From Gemmatimonadaceae bacterium (lineage in GTDB: Bacteria > Gemmatimonadota > Gemmatimonadetes > Gemmatimonadales > Gemmatimonadaceae): a stretch of DNA of 64,000 nucleotides. The notes under the pieces are model-generated. The model searched no databases. It was not told the origin of the DNA and saw nothing but the letters and a program-made list of their open reading frames with translations. A program made the position numbers and the translations under genes. This document shows positions 26,752 to 35,530 of this stretch, piece by piece; the stretch's first letter is position 1, and each line of letters starts with the position of its first letter. The DNA lies in NCBI GenBank assembly GCA_031421995.1, contig JANOPS010000127.1, positions 2,326-66,325 of the forward strand, in the 5' to 3' direction.

Positions 26752-28353
26752 ATGGCGTCTTTCTTTGAATCAATTTTCGGTCGGATGAGCGGTGGTCGCC
26801 AGGCGGCGATCATCGCCGTCGGCATCGCGGTCACGGCGGCGGTCTTCGGCGTATCGCAATGGGCGACGCGTCCGACCATGGTCCCGTTGTATGCGGATCT
26901 GCCTGTCGGACAAGTCAAGAAGGTGACCGATAAGCTGACGGAACTGGGCATTGCCCACGAGCTCGACGTGACGGGGACGACCGTGCGGGTCGCGAGCACG
27001 GATATGGTCAAAGCCCGCGTGGATCTCGCTGCAGAGACGATGCCAGGCGGCGGCCGGCCGGGATTGGAATTGTTTGATCGACCGTCGTGGGGCATGACGG
27101 ACTTTACGCAGAAGGTGAATTACCGGCGCGCCCTTGAGGGGGAACTGGAACGCTCCATCGGTGCTCTGGCCAACGTGGAAGCGGTGCAAGTCCACTTGGC
27201 GCTGGAAGACGACAAGCTCTTCAAAGAGAACGAACGGCATTCGAAGGCCTCGGTGACGCTCACGATGTCGAACGGCACGACGCCGAAGCCAGAGACGGTG
27301 CAAGGCATCGCGAGTCTTGTCGCCAGCAGTGTCGGCGGCCTTGATCCGGAGCACGTGACCATTGTTGATGCGCGCGGGCAAGCGCTCACGATGCAGGATG
27401 ACGGCTCGATGGCCGGACTCTCGAGTCGACAGCTCGCCGCACAGCGCGAGGTTGAGTCGTACATGGAAATGAAGGCGGACAAGATTCTCTCGAGCCTTGT
27501 CGGTCCCGGGAATGCGCGCGTTCAGGTATCTGCATCGATCAACTTCGACAAAGTCGAGCGGACCACGCAGGCCGTGGATCCTGAGAAGCAGGCGCTGTCG
27601 ACGGAGCAGAAGTCGGAGGTCACGCCCAGTTCGCCCCAGCAGGGCGCTGGGTATACGCAGACGGCCACCGCGTACGAGAACACGCGGAGTGTGGAAAGTT
27701 TTAGCGGCGCGATTGGGAATCTGAAAAAGCTCACCGTGGCGGTGTTGATCGCCGACAAGGTAACCGCGGCGCCAATCACCGACACGTCCGCGACCGCCAC
27801 AGTTGTCGCGCCAACGATTACGACCCGCACGCCTGACGAAATTGCGCGCATCGAAACGCTGATGCGCTCGGCGCTTGGCGTCGACTCAGCGCGCGGTGAT
27901 ATGATTTCGGTGGTCAGTGCCCCGTTCGATCTGCCGACCCCGATCCTTGCCAGGAAAGATTCTGTTGTCGCGCCGGATATGCTCGCGCGCGTCCAAAGTA
28001 ACCCCAAACCGATTGTCGCGATCGCGGCGTTGGTCGTGCTGTTGATACTCGCGGTACTGATGCTGCTGGCGCTCAAACCCAAAAAGGCGCCCGTCAACAC
28101 GGAACAAGCATCGCTTGCTGCCGGCATGAACTACCCGGCCTTACCCGCGTCGTCGCAAATGCAAAGCGCGCTGGACACCGCTGCCGGTCGGGCAGCGGAT
28201 GATCAGATGCAAGCGCAGCTTGACGGGGATGCACGCCGTCAGATCATGCTGCCACCGCCGACGACGACACCCGAGCGCGAACAGGCGATTGCGACGGTCG
28301 ACCAGCGCCCAGACGCAGCGCTCCGCGTCACGCGCACGTGGCTTCGCTCCTGA
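26752..28353 (+). CDS. fliF: MS-ring protein FliF
   Basis: GLELFD..WGMTDFTQKVNYRRALEGELERSI...ASVTL...SSVGGLDPEHVTIVD; two TM segments. Confidence 0.96.
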   Translation: MASFFESIFGRMSGGRQAAIIAVGIAVTAAVFGVSQWATRPTMVPLYADLPVGQVKKVTDKLTELGIAHELDVTGTTVRVASTDMVKARVDLAAETMPGGGRPGLELFDRPSWGMTDFTQKVNYRRALEGELERSIGALANVEAVQVHLALEDDKLFKENERHSKASVTLTMSNGTTPKPETVQGIASLVASSVGGLDPEHVTIVDARGQALTMQDDGSMAGLSSRQLAAQREVESYMEMKADKILSSLVGPGNARVQVSASINFDKVERTTQAVDPEKQALSTEQKSEVTPSSPQQGAGYTQTATAYENTRSVESFSGAIGNLKKLTVAVLIADKVTAAPITDTSATATVVAPTITTRTPDEIARIETLMRSALGVDSARGDMISVVSAPFDLPTPILARKDSVVAPDMLARVQSNPKPIVAIAALVVLLILAVLMLLALKPKKAPVNTEQASLAAGMNYPALPASSQMQSALDTAAGRAADDQMQAQLDGDARRQIMLPPPTTTPEREQAIATVDQRPDAALRVTRTWLRS

Positions 28354-28370
28354 ACGCTGATATCTGACAC

Positions 28371-29411
28371 ATGGCTACCGCACTCGCGAAAGACACTGAT
28401 CGCTGGGCCCCCGAACGTCTGACGGGGCGCCAGAAAGCGGCGATCGTCTGCATGGCACTGGGCACTGAACACGCGGCCAAGATCACAAGTGGCTTGGAGG
28501 CGGATGAGGTCGAGACGGTCGCCCTGGAGGTGGCACAGCTGGATCGCATTCCACCCAGCACCGTGTCGGCCGTGCTTGCGGAATGGCTTGAGCTCACGCT
28601 CGGCGTGGATTCCGTTAGTACGGGTGGTGTGGAGTTCGCCAAAGAGGTCCTTGAAGCGGCCTTCGGTGCGCCGAAGGCCAGCGTCATTCTCAAGCGCATT
28701 CAAGGACAACTGGCCGATAGTGATCGCTTTGGCCGCCTGCGCCGCGCGGATCCACAGCAGCTCAGCAATACGCTTCGTGGAGAGCATCCGCAGACGATCG
28801 CGCTGATCCTTGCCCATCTCGATCCGTCGCACGTGGCAGCGATCATCCGCGAGATCGATCCCGCGCTGGGCGGCGACGTGATGTTCCGTATCGCCAAGAT
28901 GGAAAAGGTGGCACCAGACATGATCTCGCTCGTGGAACGTGCCATTGGCAGTGAAGCCGACATGGCGTTCGCGCAAGGGATGAGCTCTGTGGGGGGGCCG
29001 GCGGCGGTTGCCGCGGTGCTCAACCTGGTCAGCGCGACGCTAGAGAAGGAAGTCCTCGATCTTGTGGCCGAGCGCGACTCCGCACTCAGCGACCAGATCA
29101 AGAACCTCATGTTCGTGTTCGAAGATCTCACGGCGCTCGACGACAAGTCGCTGCAGCGTCTGTTGCGCGAAGTCGATGTCAAGCAGTTGGCGCTGGCGCT
29201 CAAGGCCGCGAGCCCAGGACTGCGCTCCAAGATCATGGGAACGATGTCTCAGCGCGCGGTCGCAGGTCTCAAAGAAGAGATCGAGTTCCTCGGTCCCGTC
29301 AAGATGCGCGACGTCGAAGCCGCACAAAGCGATATCGTGTCGAAGATCCGCGCGCTCGAAGAGACCGGAGAAATCGTGTTGAGCGCCGGTACTGACGATG
29401 TCATCGTCTGA
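28371..29411 (+). CDS. fliG: Motor switch protein FliG
   Basis: LTGRQKAAIV, EHPQTIALILAHL, MFVFEDL, MSQRA, GPVKMRDVEAAQ. Confidence 0.97.
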   Translation: MATALAKDTDRWAPERLTGRQKAAIVCMALGTEHAAKITSGLEADEVETVALEVAQLDRIPPSTVSAVLAEWLELTLGVDSVSTGGVEFAKEVLEAAFGAPKASVILKRIQGQLADSDRFGRLRRADPQQLSNTLRGEHPQTIALILAHLDPSHVAAIIREIDPALGGDVMFRIAKMEKVAPDMISLVERAIGSEADMAFAQGMSSVGGPAAVAAVLNLVSATLEKEVLDLVAERDSALSDQIKNLMFVFEDLTALDDKSLQRLLREVDVKQLALALKAASPGLRSKIMGTMSQRAVAGLKEEIEFLGPVKMRDVEAAQSDIVSKIRALEETGEIVLSAGTDDVIV

Positions 29412-30072
29412 TCGGCCGATGCCTCCACTGCACGCCACCGCGTGGGCCCTCGATGAACTCGAAATGCCCGACATCTTCAGCTCCCTCTCGGCCGATAGCC
29501 GCGCGCTTGCGAGGGTCGCGGACGGCGAGCCCGCGCCCGCGATGGACGAGCGGGCGCGTGATGCGGCTGAACGAACCCGGGTGGAGGCCGAGTGCTATGC
29601 CAACGGCTATCGCGATGCAGAACGGGTGATGGCCGACGTCGGCGTCGACGAACGCGCATCGGTACTCGCGGCGCTGGCGGATGCCATTGCCTCGGTGCAA
29701 CTGCACACCGCACGATGGACTGCGAACGCCGAAGAGAACATCGCGGCGCTCGCGGTGGCCGTGGCGCGTCACATCGTTGAACGAGAGGTCACCATTGATC
29801 CGAGCATCGTTCGCGATCTGGTGCAGCGCGCGTTGATGCAGTTTCCGATAGACCAGCAGATCATTGTACGGTTGCACCCGCAGGACGCCGCGTCCTGTAG
29901 CGGCATCGGCACCGAGGGTAATCATGCGGCGACCCACGAGGTTCGCGTGGTCGCGGACCCGCACATCGTGCGGGGCGGCTGTCTCGTGGAGGGGCGCGAA
30001 CGCATCATCGACGGCCGTGTCGATACCTCGCTGGAGCGCGCGTATCGCAGCATTGGTCAGGTACAGGCATGA
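29398..30072 (+). CDS. fliH: Flagellar export protein FliH
   Basis: Between fliG and fliI; VRLHPQD and ADPHIVRGGCLVE...IIDGRVD C-terminal motifs. Confidence 0.88.
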   Translation: MSSSDRPMPPLHATAWALDELEMPDIFSSLSADSRALARVADGEPAPAMDERARDAAERTRVEAECYANGYRDAERVMADVGVDERASVLAALADAIASVQLHTARWTANAEENIAALAVAVARHIVEREVTIDPSIVRDLVQRALMQFPIDQQIIVRLHPQDAASCSGIGTEGNHAATHEVRVVADPHIVRGGCLVEGRERIIDGRVDTSLERAYRSIGQVQA

Positions 30073-31466
30073 CGCTGTCGATACATGCCGACCCGTCGCT
30101 GGGTATCGGACCCGGCGCAGCGCTCACACCCCTCGTGGAATCGATGCTGGGCCGCCTCGACCCGGCTGATCGGTTTGCGACCTACGGCCGTGTGACGCGT
30201 GTCGTCGGCCTCGTGCTTGAGGCGACTGGTCTCGACGTCGGACTGGGATCCTTGTGTCGCATCACGAACCATGCGCGCGATCGGTCCGTGCTCGCGGAAG
30301 TCGTTGGGTTTCACGAGCGCGGTGTGTTGCTCATGCCGCTCGGAGAGCTTGACGGCATGCACCCGGGCAGTTCTGTGCAGCCGCTCGGCCGCACCTTTGG
30401 CGTTGACGTCGGTCCGGGCCTGTTGGGTCGCGTCCTGAACGGACTCGGCCATCCGATCGACGGGAAGGGCAAGGTCGATGTGATCGATCGTGTTCCACTT
30501 GCCGCCGAACCTCCGAATCCGCTGGAGCGCGAGATCATTGATCGCCCGATGGAGACCGGTGTGCGGGCCATTGACGGCTTGCTGACGATCGGGCGTGGTC
30601 AGCGTGTCGGCATTTTTGCGGGATCTGGCGTTGGCAAGAGTACCATGCTTGGGATGATCGCACGCAACGCGCGAGCGGATGTCAATGTCATTGCCCTCCT
30701 TGGAGAGCGCGGTCGTGAAGTTCGCGATTTTATTGAGAACTCGCTGGGCGCGGAAGGACTGGCGCGGTCGGTTGTGATTGTCGCGACCGGTGATCAGGCC
30801 GCACTGGTGCGTGCGCGCGGGGCTTTGGTGGCAACCGCCATCGCCGAATATTTTCGCGATCAAGGAAAAGATGTGCTGCTGATGGTCGACTCCGTCACGC
30901 GTGTCGCCATGGCGTGGCGCGAGATTGGGCTGGCCACCGGTGAACCGCCAACGACCAAGGGCTATCCGCCATCGGTCTTTGCCGCGCTGCCGCGCCTCCT
31001 CGAGCGCGCGGGCAATGGTGCGCGCGGCGGGATCACGGGGATCTATACCGTGCTGGTTGACGGCGACGATTTCAACGAGCCGGTGGCCGATGCCGCGCGC
31101 TCAATTTTGGACGGACACATCGTGCTGACGCGAAAGCTCGCGTCCCAGAATCACTTTCCCTCGATCGATATCCTCGAATCCAAGAGTCGCGTTCGGGACC
31201 ATATCATCAATGAGACGCAACGCCGTGCCGGTAGCGCGCTCTTGCGACTTGAGGCCGCCTATCGCGAGAAGGAAGACCTGATCATGGTGGGTGCATACCA
31301 GAAGGGCAGCGATGCCTACGTCGATGCGGCCATCCTGTATCGCGAGCGGTCGCTGGAATTCCTGCGACAGCGTCCGGATGAAACGTCGCTCTACGGCGAC
31401 ACCAATACGGCGCTCGCGAGGATCGCCGACGCGATCGAGGCGTCGGTCGCGATGGCTCGTCGATGA
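30069..31466 (+). CDS. fliI: Flagellar export ATPase FliI
   Basis: GQRVGIFAGSGVGKST, GERGREV, DSVTR, GEPPTTKGYPPSV, ILDGHIVL. Confidence 0.97.
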   Translation: MTLSIHADPSLGIGPGAALTPLVESMLGRLDPADRFATYGRVTRVVGLVLEATGLDVGLGSLCRITNHARDRSVLAEVVGFHERGVLLMPLGELDGMHPGSSVQPLGRTFGVDVGPGLLGRVLNGLGHPIDGKGKVDVIDRVPLAAEPPNPLEREIIDRPMETGVRAIDGLLTIGRGQRVGIFAGSGVGKSTMLGMIARNARADVNVIALLGERGREVRDFIENSLGAEGLARSVVIVATGDQAALVRARGALVATAIAEYFRDQGKDVLLMVDSVTRVAMAWREIGLATGEPPTTKGYPPSVFAALPRLLERAGNGARGGITGIYTVLVDGDDFNEPVADAARSILDGHIVLTRKLASQNHFPSIDILESKSRVRDHIINETQRRAGSALLRLEAAYREKEDLIMVGAYQKGSDAYVDAAILYRERSLEFLRQRPDETSLYGDTNTALARIADAIEASVAMARR

Positions 31467-31990
31467 TGTTCAAATTTCGGTTGCAACGCATCCTTGAACT
31501 GCGCCAGCAGGCTGAGCAAGCGCGCGCCCGGGAACTCGTTTCGGCGCGCGACGATGCCGACGTGGCTCGCGAGGCGCAGAAGACCATCGAGGAGCTGCAC
31601 ACCACGTCGCGCGCACAGACGAACGCCGCGCAGCAGGCGACGCCGCGCGTCGGGCATCTTCAACAGCTGGGAATCGTGCTCCAGTCGCTGGACGCGCGAG
31701 TGGCGCAGGCCGGCGAGGAGGTTCGTGCGGCCGATGATGTGGTCGTCAGCGCCCAGAGGGTTCTTGAGGACGCGGCGCGCGATCGTCGCATTTTGGACCG
31801 CTTGAAGGACCGCCACGCGGAGCAGTGGACCGCTGATGCGGCACAGAAGGACCGACTAGGCATGGACGAAGTGGCGCTGGCGCGGTTTACGCGCACCGCC
31901 GATGTGCGCGCCTCCGATGATGCAGCAACCCGTACCCGCAGCGATGACGCCGCGCGGAAATCACCTCGGCACGATGGTTCGAACTCATGA
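31463..31990 (+). CDS. fliJ: Flagellar export protein FliJ
   Basis: FKFRLQRILELR start, coiled coil, DEVAL near the C-terminus; follows fliI. Confidence 0.88.
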   Translation: MMFKFRLQRILELRQQAEQARARELVSARDDADVAREAQKTIEELHTTSRAQTNAAQQATPRVGHLQQLGIVLQSLDARVAQAGEEVRAADDVVVSAQRVLEDAARDRRILDRLKDRHAEQWTADAAQKDRLGMDEVALARFTRTADVRASDDAATRTRSDDAARKSPRHDGSNS

Positions 31991-32670
31991 AGAAACTCCT
32001 CATTCCCGTAGTCATTGCGTTGCTCGCCGGTGTTGGTGGGGGCTCGGGCTTCGCCTATATGGGTGCGTCCAAGGCATACGTCGCCGACTCTACCCAACGC
32101 GCCGACAGCCTGGAGAAGCATCCGGCCGCGGAACGGGACTCGTCGTCGCATGAAGCCGCCGCCAAGCCCGCGACGGACGCTGACCATGCGTCGGCAGACT
32201 CTGCGGCCCACGCATCGCCATCGCACGACGTGTCGCAAACACCGGCCGATAGTGTGCGGGACGCCGCGACCTCGCACACGCCGCTGCAGACAGCCACCAA
32301 GGATCTGCATGATGCATTGCCAAGCGAGAAGTCTGTTGCCTCATCGACCACGCACACCGCGCCCGCGGCGAAGACCGATGCCGGTGCAAAGGCCGCGGCG
32401 AGCACGACGAGTGCTGCCAACGTGGTTCGTGAAGCACGCAACGAGGCGATCGCCACAACGCTCCCCGAGCAACGGCTTGCCAAGATCTTCGCCGCGATGT
32501 CCGCGAAGGATGCGGCCAAAGTGCTGGAGCAGATGCCCGATGCCGACGTGCGTTCGATCCTCTCACTCATGAACGACCGCAGCGCGGCCGCGGTCCTTGC
32601 ACAATTTGGCGCGGCGCGAGCAGCCGCCATCACTAAAGGCACGAAAGGCGCGCCGGGAGGTACGCCATGA
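31987..32670 (+). CDS. MotE/FlbB/YlxF-like protein (N-terminal TM, C-terminal MgtE_N-like repeats)
   Basis: LAKIFAAMSAKDAAKVLEQMPDADVRSILSLMNDRSAAAVLAQF; located between fliJ and fliK. Confidence 0.75.
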   Translation: MKKLLIPVVIALLAGVGGGSGFAYMGASKAYVADSTQRADSLEKHPAAERDSSSHEAAAKPATDADHASADSAAHASPSHDVSQTPADSVRDAATSHTPLQTATKDLHDALPSEKSVASSTTHTAPAAKTDAGAKAAASTTSAANVVREARNEAIATTLPEQRLAKIFAAMSAKDAAKVLEQMPDADVRSILSLMNDRSAAAVLAQFGAARAAAITKGTKGAPGGTP

Positions 32671-34724
32671 ACATCAACAACATCTTTACTCCGCGTCGCG
32701 ATCCGAAACCGGACGCCGACGTCCGCCCGGACAGCAACATGGCGCTGCGTTCCACGTCGCGCGCCGAACGGTCGGACGCGCTTGCGCGTCGCAGTCGCGT
32801 ACGCGACACCGACGACGACACCACCGCCGAGCGCGTGGCCCGTGCCAAGTCGCGAGCACAATTCTCGGCCATGCTGGCGGCGCTTGCTGGTGTCGATGGC
32901 AACATGCCGAGCGCGGCGCTACCGGAATCCTCGCCTGCCGATGACGCCCTCCTCGATCGACTGCTCAATGGTTCACTCGGCGCATCGGATGGCGAGTTGC
33001 GCTCTGACGATGCCCTGCAGACCACCAGCGACGCCGCAGACGCGCTGCAGTATCGGCTCCGTGGGACGGCGGCGGCCGGGGATCGGCCGGCCGCAAACAT
33101 GTCCGGTCTCGCGCGCACCGATGGCGAGGCGCTGGGTTTGCAACGTGACGCCATGCACACGCGGATCAACGAGGTGATCGGACGTATCGTCGCTCGACGC
33201 GGGACCTCGGTTGAAGACTTCAAAGCGCTCGGCGACGACCGCGCCGCGAACCTCTTGGTGGCATTGGACGCGTTGCTCTCGAAGGCCGGGACGCCAGCCG
33301 GGCTGGAACTCGCGGACGCAAGTGCGCGCGCAGCGCTCGAAGCAGCCATGACCGCGCTGAGGAGTGCGTCCGCTGCCTCCGCAGCGGACGTGACGACGGC
33401 GGTGCGCGAGGTTGAGGGGCTCGCACCCGCGCTTCAGGCGCGACTCGGGCGCGTCATCGATCGTATGAAGTCCGAGTACGGACACGACGTGAGCGTGGTC
33501 GAGACCGTGCGCAGCCAGGAGCGACAGGACTTTTTGTACGAACAAGGGCGGACGCGGCCGGGTGCGGTGGTCACGTGGACGCGTGATTCGGCGCATCTCT
33601 CGGGCGACGCGGTCGACGTACTCGTTGACGGCTCGTGGACCAACGCCGAAGGCTTCGGTCGCCTGCAGCGCATCGCGCAAGAGGAGGGGCTCCGTACGCT
33701 CGGCGTGCGCGACCCGGGGCATCTGGAGCTGCCTCGCGACGAACGGCGAAATGCGGCGGGCGGCGGGCTCGCGTCGAAGGCGCTGCTCTCCACGTCGCCG
33801 GTGCAGTCCGTGATTGCCACGACTGCTGCACAGTCAGCTGGCGCGCAGTCAAGCGGCGCAGCGTCTGGTGTCGCTCGTGTTGCTGGCGTCGCGCAAGCGG
33901 CCGCCGTGGCACGAGTCGCCGACGCCAGCGGTGCGCGACGCTTTACGGGCACATACGCGACGCCCTCCGACAACGCAGGCCCGGTGACTCAAACGGCGGG
34001 CGTGGTGCCTACAGCGGTCGATAGCGGTGCGGCATCACGGCAATCATCGGGTGAGGCTGCGCACGATGAGTCGACCAGCGATCGGAAGTCCTCGCCGGGG
34101 TCGGCGCGGTCGTCCGATGGCTCGACGCCACCGGCGTTTGGTGCGACGCATGGCGCGACGCCGATTGCCAGCGCCTCAGACGTGACCCCCGTCGCGACTC
34201 CCGCCGGCGCCCAGTCGGCGGAGCGCGTGGCTGACGTGCAACAGCTACGCGAGAACGCACCCGCGGGTTCCGTGTCGCGGATGACGCTCAACGTCGACAC
34301 ACCAGATGGCGGGCAGGATCGTATCACGGTTGATCTTCGCGGGGCGACCGTTGATACACACATCAGCACCGATGCGGCAAATGCCGACCGCCTACGTGTC
34401 CGCACCGCCGAACTGCAGGACGCGCTCGGTCGGCACGGCCTCGAGGGCGACAGCGTACGCATTTCGGGAACCCCACGTACGGATGCCACTGAGGCCGCGC
34501 GCGTTGTCGCTGGTGAGCGGGATGGAGTCCGCTTCGGTGGAGCACAGCAGGGCGCCCCTGGGGACGGGGCGACGAGTCAGGGCCAGCGCGAGCGCGCGGC
34601 CAACGCGCGGGAATGGGATCGTCCTGAGTCTTCTCGTCAGTCGCGCGACGAGCAACGAGAATCTTCAAAGCGTGGCGCGGGCCAGCCTGGTCAGCGCGAA
34701 ACGTACAACGGGAGTGATCGATGA
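32667..34724 (+). CDS. fliK: Hook-length control protein FliK with an internal M15-family zinc peptidase domain
   Basis: Position between the motE-like gene and flgD; low-complexity A/S/T-rich ruler; C-terminal Flg_hook-like domain (~34270-34465); M15 motifs RS-x3-Q-x2-LY-x-QGRT, S-x-H-x6-D and D-x2-H at ~33420-33735. Confidence 0.8.
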   Translation: MNINNIFTPRRDPKPDADVRPDSNMALRSTSRAERSDALARRSRVRDTDDDTTAERVARAKSRAQFSAMLAALAGVDGNMPSAALPESSPADDALLDRLLNGSLGASDGELRSDDALQTTSDAADALQYRLRGTAAAGDRPAANMSGLARTDGEALGLQRDAMHTRINEVIGRIVARRGTSVEDFKALGDDRAANLLVALDALLSKAGTPAGLELADASARAALEAAMTALRSASAASAADVTTAVREVEGLAPALQARLGRVIDRMKSEYGHDVSVVETVRSQERQDFLYEQGRTRPGAVVTWTRDSAHLSGDAVDVLVDGSWTNAEGFGRLQRIAQEEGLRTLGVRDPGHLELPRDERRNAAGGGLASKALLSTSPVQSVIATTAAQSAGAQSSGAASGVARVAGVAQAAAVARVADASGARRFTGTYATPSDNAGPVTQTAGVVPTAVDSGAASRQSSGEAAHDESTSDRKSSPGSARSSDGSTPPAFGATHGATPIASASDVTPVATPAGAQSAERVADVQQLRENAPAGSVSRMTLNVDTPDGGQDRITVDLRGATVDTHISTDAANADRLRVRTAELQDALGRHGLEGDSVRISGTPRTDATEAARVVAGERDGVRFGGAQQGAPGDGATSQGQRERAANAREWDRPESSRQSRDEQRESSKRGAGQPGQRETYNGSDR

Positions 34725-35500
34725 TTAGTGCAATTTCACGAAGCGTCTTCGACACCGTATCCAACGGTGTGGCCGTTGCCGAACCACCGAGAGGCGCGGC
34801 AGAGCAGTCGCAACCGCGGGTACTGCCGACCAATTCGGCAGGAATGGGGCGGGACCAGTTCCTCAAGCTCCTGGTTTCACAGCTCAAGAATCAGGATCCG
34901 CTCAACCCGATGGATGGAAAGGATATGGCCGCGCAACTCGCGCAATTCTCCGCCGTGGAGCAACTGATCGACATCAACAAGTCGGTGACTGCGGCGCAGG
35001 AGGCACAAGAGGCGACGGCCGCCGCGATCGAATCGCTCGAAAAGACGCAGAACGAGCGCGCCAATGAACTCGCGTCATTGATCGAGGGACAGATGGCCGT
35101 ATCGACGGTTGGCAAAATCGGCGTCACCACGGGCAACACCGTGTTCGTCGACCGCGAAGGGATCGGTCAGTTGGTGGTTGATACCGGTACACTCAAGGGT
35201 GTAGGGCAAGTCACGGTGATGGACGACAAGGGCAACACCGTGTCGCGCGGTCTGCTTCCGAAAGTCGGGACGGGGTCGCAGGCGTTTGACATGCGGGACA
35301 TCGCGTTCGACCCGCCGGTCGAGCCAGGGAAGTACAGCTACAAGTTTGAGGTCGCCACGGATGGCGGCCAGTGGCGTCAGGTCAAGACGTACACCGCCGG
35401 ACGGATTACCGGCATGAAGTACGATAACGGGAATCCCATTCTGATCATTGGCGACAGCTTGGCCGTTCCGATGTCGCAACTGATTCAAATCCGCGGCTGA
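34721..35500 (+). CDS. flgD: Hook capping protein FlgD
   Basis: MGRDQFLKLLVSQLKNQDPLNPMD...AQLAQFSAVEQL. Confidence 0.95.
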   Translation: MISAISRSVFDTVSNGVAVAEPPRGAAEQSQPRVLPTNSAGMGRDQFLKLLVSQLKNQDPLNPMDGKDMAAQLAQFSAVEQLIDINKSVTAAQEAQEATAAAIESLEKTQNERANELASLIEGQMAVSTVGKIGVTTGNTVFVDREGIGQLVVDTGTLKGVGQVTVMDDKGNTVSRGLLPKVGTGSQAFDMRDIAFDPPVEPGKYSYKFEVATDGGQWRQVKTYTAGRITGMKYDNGNPILIIGDSLAVPMSQLIQIRG

Positions 35501-35530
35501 CCACCACACCTCAACGAGGACCATCCGACA

